This document shows, one piece after another, positions 55,985 through 64,000 of a DNA stretch of 64,000 nt (position 1 is its first letter; each line of letters begins with the position of its first letter). This stretch comes from Cyanophora paradoxa CCMP329 (lineage: Eukaryota; Plantae; Glaucophyta). A program made the translations under genes and the position numbers. The notes beneath the pieces are model-generated. The model was given only the letters and a program-made list of their open reading frames with translations, was not told the origin of the DNA and made no database searches. The DNA is taken from positions 205,157 through 269,156 of the forward strand of contig QPMI01000655.1 in assembly GCA_004431415.1 (NCBI GenBank), read 5' to 3'.

Positions 55985-58784
55985 CTATGATTCCTCTACC
56001 CGCTCCGGGCGGATCAGACCGGATCTGACTGGCCACGGCCAGCGTCGCGGATGGATATCAAAATTGACTGCGCGCGGCCGAGTCGCGATCGGAATCTTTG
56101 AAGCACTGCGCGCACTCGACCCCAGAGCACAACGCCTCAGGGCCTGGCCATGGGAGGCGCGGCGCCGGCTAAGGGGGCGGGGGCAGGCCCATCTTCGCAG
56201 CGGCCATGGCGTCGAGCTGGCCACGGGGCGAGGTGTCGGTACCGCATCCAATCCAACCATGCGCGCTACGCGGCCTTCACGAACCTGCCCGGACGTGTAC
56301 GAGTCCACCCGCGGCTGCGTCCGCGGCACTGCCCGCGCGATCATCTCCTGCGCGTCCCGCCGGGCCCCCAGCCAAGGCCTGCCTCAGACGGAGCAGCGAG
56401 GGCGGGCCGGGGGCGGGGGCCGGCGCGCGCCTGTGCGTAGGGCATGTGCGCGAGGCCGGCCTCCCGCAGCGCCACCGTGAGCTTGAAGCTGCGCCCGGCG
56501 CGTGCACGTGAGACTTCGAGATCCCCGCGAGGGAGGGAGGCTGGCGTGGGGTCCGGGGCGCGCCGGGTGTCGGAGAAGAGCTGATCGACGGTGTACCCGT
56601 GGACGGGAAGAGCTCCTTGCCGGAGGGCCCCGCCGAGCCCGACGCCGAGGCCGCCGCCGCCGCCTCGCCCGAGACCATCGCCGCCGTCGGCCGCAGCAGC
56701 CGCGCCGGGTCGCTGGCCCCGCCCCGTCGGGGCGCGCCGGGTCGGCGGGGCGGGCGGGCGGGCGGCGCGCACCTCTCGACGACGGGGCGACGGTCTCGCG
56801 GAGGCGGGCGAGGCGCGCCTCCCGCTCCGCCCGCTCCCGCTCCCGCTCCGCCGCCCGCTCCCGCTCCCCCGCCACCTTCCGCTCCCGCTCCTCCGCCCGC
56901 GCCGCCACCCGCGGCGCCGCCGCCTGCGACCCCCTCAGCCACGAGCGAGCGCAGAGCCCGCCCTCTCTCTCTTCGAGACCAGCCGCGCACGAGGAGGCGT
57001 GCGCGGGCCTCCTCCTCCTCGGCGCGCCTCGCCTCCTCCTCGGCGGCGCGCATGCGCTCCTGCTCGGCCCGCTGCGCCGCCCTGTACTCCCGATGAGCTT
57101 CCTGCGGGCCTCCCGCGCGGCCCGCTCCTCCGCCGAGCGGGCCTCGGCGCGCGCCGCCTCCTCCTCGGCCTGCCGCCGCTCGAGCTCGGCGAGCTCCGCC
57201 GCCCGCGCCTCGGCCGCCTCGCGCATGCCCGCAGCCGCTCCCGCAGCTCGCCCCGCCGCGCCTCGAAGGCCCGCAGCTCGGCTTCCCGCTCCGCCCGCTC
57301 CCGCCCCTCCCGCACGCTCTCCGCGAAGGCCCGCTCCGCCTCCCGCGCCAGGGCCTCCCGCGCCGCGCCCCACGCCGAGAGCGCCGCCTTGCGCTTGGCG
57401 TGGTAGTAGCGCTGCCGGGCGTGCTGGTCGTGGAAGGCTTCGATGTCCATCCGCCGGCGGGCGGGCATCTCGAGGGCGAGGCGCTCGCAGATGGCGTCCC
57501 GCCCGAGGCCCTTCTTCTCGTACTCCTCGTAGATCTTGCGGAAGTGGAAGCGCGCCGGCTCGTCCCACGCCGCCGCGTCGGGGCCCCGCCCCGCCGCCTC
57601 CGCCGCCTCCAGCTCCTCCTTGTACCCCTTCAGCTGCCCGATGTACCGCAGGTCCAGCCTGCCGCCACGCCCGTCAGCCTGGAGCTCGGAGCCTGGAACG
57701 AGGGAGGGGCGGCCCGCACTCGGAGAATCGCTCCACGAACAGCGCGGCGAGGCGCGGTCGGGCGTCGCCGCCGCCCCGCCCCGTCCCCGGCCCCGCTCCC
57801 GCGGTCCGGTGCGCCGGCGTACGAGCGATCGCTGGCCGCGCCGTCGTCCTCGGGGGGCGGGGCGGGGCGGGGGCCGGGGGCGGCTCGGGGGGCGCCTCGA
57901 GGGCCTCGATCTGGGAGAGGGGCGGCACCGTCGCCGCCTCCGCCGCGGCCGCCGCGGCCTCCTCCGCCAGCTGCGCCCCGTAGGCCTTGTGCGGCCCGAA
58001 ACGGAGCGGCGGGCGGGCGGGCGGCTGGGGCGCACCTCGGCGCCCAGGCGTCGAAGCGTTCGCGGGCGGACTGGAGTTGGCGGCGGGCGAGGAGCGAGCC
58101 GCCGGGGGCCCCCGCGAGGCTCTTCACCACCTCGCGCGACTGCTCCACGTCCGCCATCAGCTCTGCCACCGCTCAGAGCGGCGCCGCACGAGCCGGGGAC
58201 GGGGACGGCGTGCGCACCGTGGAAGAGCAGCAGGCGCGCCTTCTTGCACTCGAAGTCGATCGCCGCGAGCTGCCGCGCCATGTCGACGGCCTCCTCCTGC
58301 TCCTCCTCCTCCTTTGATCGCCGCCCTCCTCCTCGAGCTCGACGCTCTCGTCGGCGTCCGCCGCTCCTTCGAGACGGGCCGAACGCTCCTGCGCGCCTCC
58401 TCCGGCGGCGCCGCGGGTCCGGTCCTGCTCCAGCCTGTCGAGTATCTCCTGCAACTCCCCTTCCAGCTCGTCCCTGCGCGGATCTCGCGCACCAGCGGCC
58501 CACGCCGCGGAGCGGAGCGCACCTCAGCTTGCTGAGGCGCTGGCTCTCCTGGAGCCACTCTTTCTTGTGCTTGTTTACAGCGCTGGACTTTTTGCTCTTG
58601 CTCGTCGCCTGCTCCAGGGCCTTGATCTTGCTCTCGATGTCGACGCTGCCAGCCTTCGCTTGCGCGACCTGGTACCGAGCCGCCTGCGTCGTCCCCGCTG
58701 TGGCAGGTACGTGGGGACATTTACGTAGCGCGTCTTGCCCCGCGCATCGGCCTGCAGCGTCCTCACGATTTGTACGCCGGACAT
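55985..58784 (-). CDS. CCDC148-like coiled-coil protein (multi-exon)
   Basis: HKKEWLQESQRL, WDEPARFHFRKIYEEY, LARLRETVA, DPARLLRPTAA, LFPVHGYTVDQLFSD..FKLTVALREAGLAHMPYA resemble CCDC148; 3' end approximate. Confidence 0.55.
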
Positions 58785-58953
58785 CCTCCGCCGCTGCCGC
58801 CGTACCGCTGAGGCCAGGCCAGGTCAGAATCTACTGATCAAGTGCACGCGACGGGTGATTTAGCTGCCGGGGAGGGCTGTAGCGCGCTGACGGATGTCGG
58901 ACGGTGTACCCAAACCGGCAGCTTAGTCTGCTTAGACTGCTTTAGCTAAGGAC

Positions 58954-61900
58954 ATGGGCGGAGGCAAGAGCAAAGCCAAGCCGCGGCCTCCTGCGGAACC
59001 TCCTCCTCCTCCTCCTCCTCCTCCCGCTGTACCGCCGCCGCCTGCCGCTGCACCGTCGAGTGCGGCCGAATTGGCCGCCGAGCGGGAGCGGCGCAGAGCA
59101 CATGTCGAGGCCGCAAGGGACTCGGGGAGCAGCAGCTTCATTCAAAAGCGGCAAGGGCGCGCGCGCTCGCACACGTGAGGGTCTTGGTCGTCAGGTCTCT
59201 TTCCGCGCCGCGCCCGCTTAGCTATAGGCAACGGAGCGCCCTGTGGCGATGCGCAGGAGTTCTCATATATCTTCTTCTGCAGCACACAGACGGACACGTC
59301 GCTCGAACGCGTCGCCCTCCACGGCATTTTCCCGAAGCTCGCCGCGAAGCGCGTCCACCCCGCGCAAGGCAAGCTGGCGTCGCCTTTCCAGAGCGTCGGC
59401 GTGCAAGTGGCGGGCGTGGACCTCCTCTCTGGGCTCACAAAGCTCGAGGCCGAGGCCGCTCTGCGGTCGGGCACGGTGGGCGCTGTCCAGTCCCGCCCGT
59501 CCGTCGGCGAGCGCCTTTAACGCCGGCGCAGCTGGAGAGCGCATACCTGAGAGAGATCGACGAGTACAGGCCGTTCATCATCGCCGTGGTCGGCGCCAGC
59601 GCGGCGCAGCCGTCCCCTTCCCCTCCCCCTCCCGCTCGGCGCACCCCCTCCCCGTCCCCAGCGCCTCCGGATCCCCCGGGGGCCGCACCACCGCCGAATG
59701 CTCCGGATGGCCCCAGCTCGACCGCCGCTGCTGAGCTACTGACGGCGGCGCCTGGCGCGGTGCCCGTCGAGGGCGCAGCGGGCGCCGGGGACGACCCCGC
59801 GCCGCCCCAGCCCGAGGAAGCGCATCGGTTCCCAGAAGAGGAGGAGGAGGAGGAAGACGGGGCGCGGCTGGGCGAGCGGTGCGCGTGCGCAGAGCTCGGG
59901 CCTCCCCGCCGGCTCCCGCCTGGGCCCCGCCAAGCGTGCCCTGGAAACAGGGTCCTGGAGCGCGTGCTGGAGGCGGCCGTGCTGGGCGAGGCCGTCCCCG
60001 AGGCCCAGCGCCGCCGCGCCGTCCTCTGCCTCCCCCGCCCCACCCGCCCCGGCCCCGACGACGCCCCCGGCTCCCTGCGCGCCCGCCTGCGCCGCCTCCA
60101 GGGGCCCAGGCTCCTCGACGGGTACGACGACCCGCGCGACGCAGCCGCCTTCGCCCTCCAGGCCCGCCCCCCGACCCTCGCCCCTCGCTCGGCGGCGCTC
60201 TCCTCACAGGCTCGCGCAGAGCCTGCAGGAGCTGATTGCGGGAGCTCCGGGGCGGGGGGCCGGCGGCGGCGAGCAGGGGTACGACGCACTGGGGGAGTAC
60301 CTGCGGGCGGCCTGCGAGGGGACCGCGAGCGCCCCACCGCCCTGGCTCACCTGAACCTCGAGGTCCTCGCCCCCGGGGGCGACGATGGTGACGACGAAGC
60401 CGACGGGGAGGCCGCGCGGGTGCGCTCCCGCCCCGCGCCGCGGCAGCCGCGCCCCGCGGCCCTCACGAACCCTCGCTCGCGATCGCGCCAGGCGTCGCCG
60501 CGCGACGGCGCGCCGGGGCTGGGGCCCGAGCTGCCCCCCGCGATGGCCGGCGGGGCGCGCGTGCTGCTCCGCGCTGCCCCCGGCGCCGGCCGCACGGCCC
60601 TCCTCGCCCGCTGGTGCCCTGCCCCCGGCCTCGTCCTCTCGCCTCCCCCTCAGCTTTGCGCAGGGCGTCGTCGCTGCGGGGGCGCCCCGAGCGGTACGCG
60701 CTGGTCGCCCACTTCGAGGAGGGGCCCGAGCCGCCCCCGGGGGCCCCACCCCCTCCAGCCCTCCCTCCCCGCCCTCTCCCGCCCGCCCCCCGCCGCCGGT
60801 GGCGGCCTGCCTCCGGGCGTGGGCGCCGGGCTGCGGGCCTTCCTGGGGGGCCCCTGGGGCCCGACGAGGAGGAGGCGCTGGAGAGCGGGGCCGAGGAGCG
60901 GGGGGCCGGCCTGCCGCCGGGTTCCATCGCGCTGCGGGCCTCCTCGCGAGGGCGGCGGCGCGGGCGGCCGCCGAGGGCGCGCCCTCGTCCTCCTCGCCGA
61001 CTGCAGCCTCGAGCGGCTCGGGCCGTGGCTCCCGCCGCACGTGCCCGCGCCGCCGCCCTCGTCCTCTCCGCGGGGCTGACCGCCCAGGCGCCCCCGGGCT
61101 GGCGCGCCCTCGACCTGCCCCCGCTCTCCCCGACGAGCGCCGCGCCGCCGCCTCCGCCGCCGCCGCCGCCAGCGGCCGGCACGAGCTCCCCGCCGCACTG
61201 CTCGATGCGGTGGCGGCGTCGGAGGCGTGCGGGACGGCCTCTACCTCCGCCTCCTCCTCGCGCCGCCCTCGCCCCGGACGCCGCCGCCGGCCCCGCGGCG
61301 GCGCCCCCGAGGAGCTCGCGGCGGGGATGCTGGGCGCCTGCCCCGACGCCGCCGGCCTCGCGGCGCGCAGCCTGGGGGAGCTCGAGGGGCGGCACCCTGC
61401 GGCTGGGCTGCGGCGGGCCCTGCGCGCCCTCCTCTGCAGCCGCGCCGGCCTCACGGACGACGAGCTCGTCGAGCTCGCCGGCGCCCTCCCCTCTCCTGGG
61501 CCGCCGCCGCCGCCTCCGCCGCCACCCGCCGCCTCCTCCGCCGCGCCCCGGGGCCCCTCGCAGAGGCCGGGACGGCCACCCGGGGGGCGAGCGCTGGGTG
61601 CTGGCCGGCCCCGCCGCGCGCCGGGCGGTGGAGGAGCGCTTCGGGCTGGCCCCGGGCGGCGACGCCCGCGCGGGGGCCCACAGCCGCCTCGCCGACTTCT
61701 TCGCTCCGCGCCTGCTCGCCGCCGCCGGCAGCGGCCCCGCGGCGCCCGCCCCCGAGGCGCTCCCGTTCGAGCTGCGGCGAGCCATCGCGGAGCTCCCCTG
61801 GCAGCTCGCCGAGAGGCGCGCCCCCCGAAACCCGCCTGCTCGCCCGCCCCGGCCGGCCGGCGCCCGCCTGACTCCTTCTGGCTGCGCAGCGGGCGGTGCG

Positions 61901-63543
61901 GGAGCTGCGGCGCTGCCTCGCCGACGAGCGCGTCGCCGCCTTCTACCTCTCCCGTCCGCCCCGCCCCTTCCTTCGCCCGTCGCGCCCTCACGCCCCCTCC
62001 CGCAGTGCGCGGCGCGGCCGGCGAGGAGGAGTACCGCGAGCTCTGGGCGCGGGCGGGGGCGGCCCCCGGCGCCGGCCCGCACCCGCTGGGGCCCCTCGCC
62101 TCGCAGCTGGCGGGGCGGGGCGGGCCCCGCGCCCTCGCCCTCCTCCGCCGGGTCGCGGCGCACATGGCGCGGAGGGGGCCGGCGACGCGGCGCGGGCGGC
62201 GCTGGCGCTGGCGGTGGCGCACGTGCGGCGGGAGGGCGGCGCGGGGCCCGAGGCGTTGGCGGAGGCCCTCGGGGAGCTGGCCGCCTGCGCCGCGGCCGCG
62301 GGGACGGCGCCTACGCCGCCGCCTCCTCTCCGACGCCGCCGCCGCCCTCGAGCCGCCCCCGCCCGAGCCGCCCGAGGCGGCCGAGGCGCCCCCGCCGCCG
62401 AAGAGCGAGGCCCTCGCCCGCGCCCTCCGGCGGCTCGGGCGGCGGCGCAGCGGGGCGGGTCGCGCGGGGCGGCCCTGGCGGCCTTCCGGCGGGCGGCGCT
62501 GGCGCACCCCGCCGGCGACCCGCTGGCCCTCCTCGCGTCCGCCCGCTGCGCCCCCGCCCGCCGAGGCCGACGCCCTCCTCCAGGCGGGCCCTCTTCCCTC
62601 GCCCCCCTCGAGCCCCCGCCTGACAGCGGCCCCCGCGCAGGAGGCCGAGGGGCTCCTGGAGGGCGTCGTGGGCCCCGCCCACCCCCGCACCGCCGCCGCC
62701 GCCGAGCACGTGCGCCTGCTTGCTCCCCCCACTCCCGCACCCGTTCCTTCGACGAGGCCCGGGGCCGGACGGCAGCGGAGCGAGCTCGCGCGGGCGGCCG
62801 GCGACGCGGCGGGGGCGGCGCGCCACTGCGAGCGCGCGCTCGCGGCCTGGCGCTGCAGCCTGGGGGACGCGAACCCCTACGTCGCCGCCTCCCTCTCCCA
62901 GCTCGCCCGGGCGCGCCGGCCGCTACCCCTCCTCACTCCCTCCTTCCTTCCGCTGAGGCCGCGGGGCGCGCAGTGCGGGGCGGGCCTGGGGGAGCTGGCG
63001 AGGGCGCGGGGCCTGTACGAGGCGGCGCGGGCGTGCTGGCGGCGCTCTACGGCGAGGGCGACGCGCGCACGGCCGCCGCCGCGTGCTGCGTCGCCGACTG
63101 CCTGCGCCTCGCCCCCGGCCGCGGCCCGCCCGACCTCGCCGCCGCCCGCCGCCTCTACGAGGCCGCCCTGCCCCGCCTCCGCGCCGGCTCGGCTCCCCGC
63201 GCGGCCGCCTCGCTGCCGCGCGGGCGGCCGGCGGGCTCGCTGAGTGCTGCCGGCGGCTCGCGGGGGAGAACGCGGCGGGCCTGGAGGAGCGAGGCGCGGC
63301 CCTCCTGCGCGCCGCCGAGCACTACCGCGAGGCGGCCGAGGCGCAGGCGGCCCTCGCCGCCGCCCTCCGCGCCGCCGGCTCCCCCGACGCGGCGGCGGCC
63401 GCAGCGGAGGCGGCGGCGGAGCGGAGCGCGCAGCGTTGCTCGAGGAGATGGAGGCGGGCGCCGGCGACGGAGGCGGCGCCTTCTCTCGCACGGAATCGCT
63501 TATGCCGGCCGACGTCGAACTTCTCGGCAGCTTTCACTTCTGA
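58954..63543 (+). CDS. DUF4062/NACHT-like/TPR protein (NPHP3/TTC41-like architecture), multi-exon
   Basis: MGGGKSK start; YLREIDEYRPFIIAVVG; degenerate P-loop AAPGAGRTALLARW; LLCSRAGLTDDEL; TPR-like ERALAAWRCSLGDANPYVAASLSQLA. Confidence 0.5.
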
Positions 63544-64000
63544 CGCTAAAGCAACGCGAGGGACAGATGTTACTAAGATTATGGATAGATATCCTGATGA
63601 GCTAATCTACGAAGGCCGGGTGGGGTCCTCCGCCGGAACCCGCCAGGGCAGCGGACGCAAGTCCGGCGGGCTCATCCTAGGCGGACAGTTCACTTGAAGA
63701 CCGCCTCGTTGCACTTCCACTTGGTCACTTCCGCGGGCGCGAGCATCTTGTTGGGGTTCGGGCCCTGCAGGCGATGGAGCGGCGGCCGAATCAGCGACTC
63801 CACCGCGGGCACGCGGCGCTTCAGCTAAGCTGCGCGCTGTTAGGGCACAACGCACCCCCCGATATGGGGACTTGCCCGTCCTGTCGTTCTGCGGGGCCAA
63901 GCCGCGTTAGAAGGCCATCGGGAGGTTGCGCGGCGGGAGTCGCTCACCCCGCCGAACCCGCGAGCCCAGCCGACGAGGGCGCCCATCAACGAGAACGCGC

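Overview
GC-rich, intron-dense eukaryotic (protist/algal-type) genomic DNA carrying a complete, AT-rich, intron-free endogenous Polinton-like virus (PLV/Maverick-type) of about 29.8 kb (22957-52756). The element has ~290-bp terminal inverted repeats ending in perfect 28-bp-stem hairpins and is flanked by a 6-bp target-site duplication (TACCCC). It is inserted 5 bp after the GT donor of a ~64-nt intron in a polycystin-2-like channel gene. Its replication module is an apparently continuous pPolB + rve integrase reading frame (broken by 1-2 nt indels, with a collapsed proofreading domain) and a PrimPol-D5 helicase. Its virion module comprises an A32 packaging ATPase, a Zn-ribbon/Vsr endonuclease, a double-jelly-roll major capsid protein, two head-to-head penton-like genes, a patatin-discoidin fusion, a ~2460-aa phage-tail-fibre-like protein and two paralogous 281-aa proteins. 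It also carries a prokaryotic-type S-adenosylmethionine decarboxylase. A ~3.4-kb repeat-rich, mostly non-coding hub separates the two modules. Host flanks encode two head-to-head ABCG half-transporters, an inverted pair of PAS-adenylyl cyclase/PDE-like genes, a CCDC148-like gene and a DUF4062/NACHT/TPR gene; many host introns are GC-AG. All protein calls are from motif recognition by eye (no database search). Host exon boundaries are approximate and the host species cannot be determined from the window.
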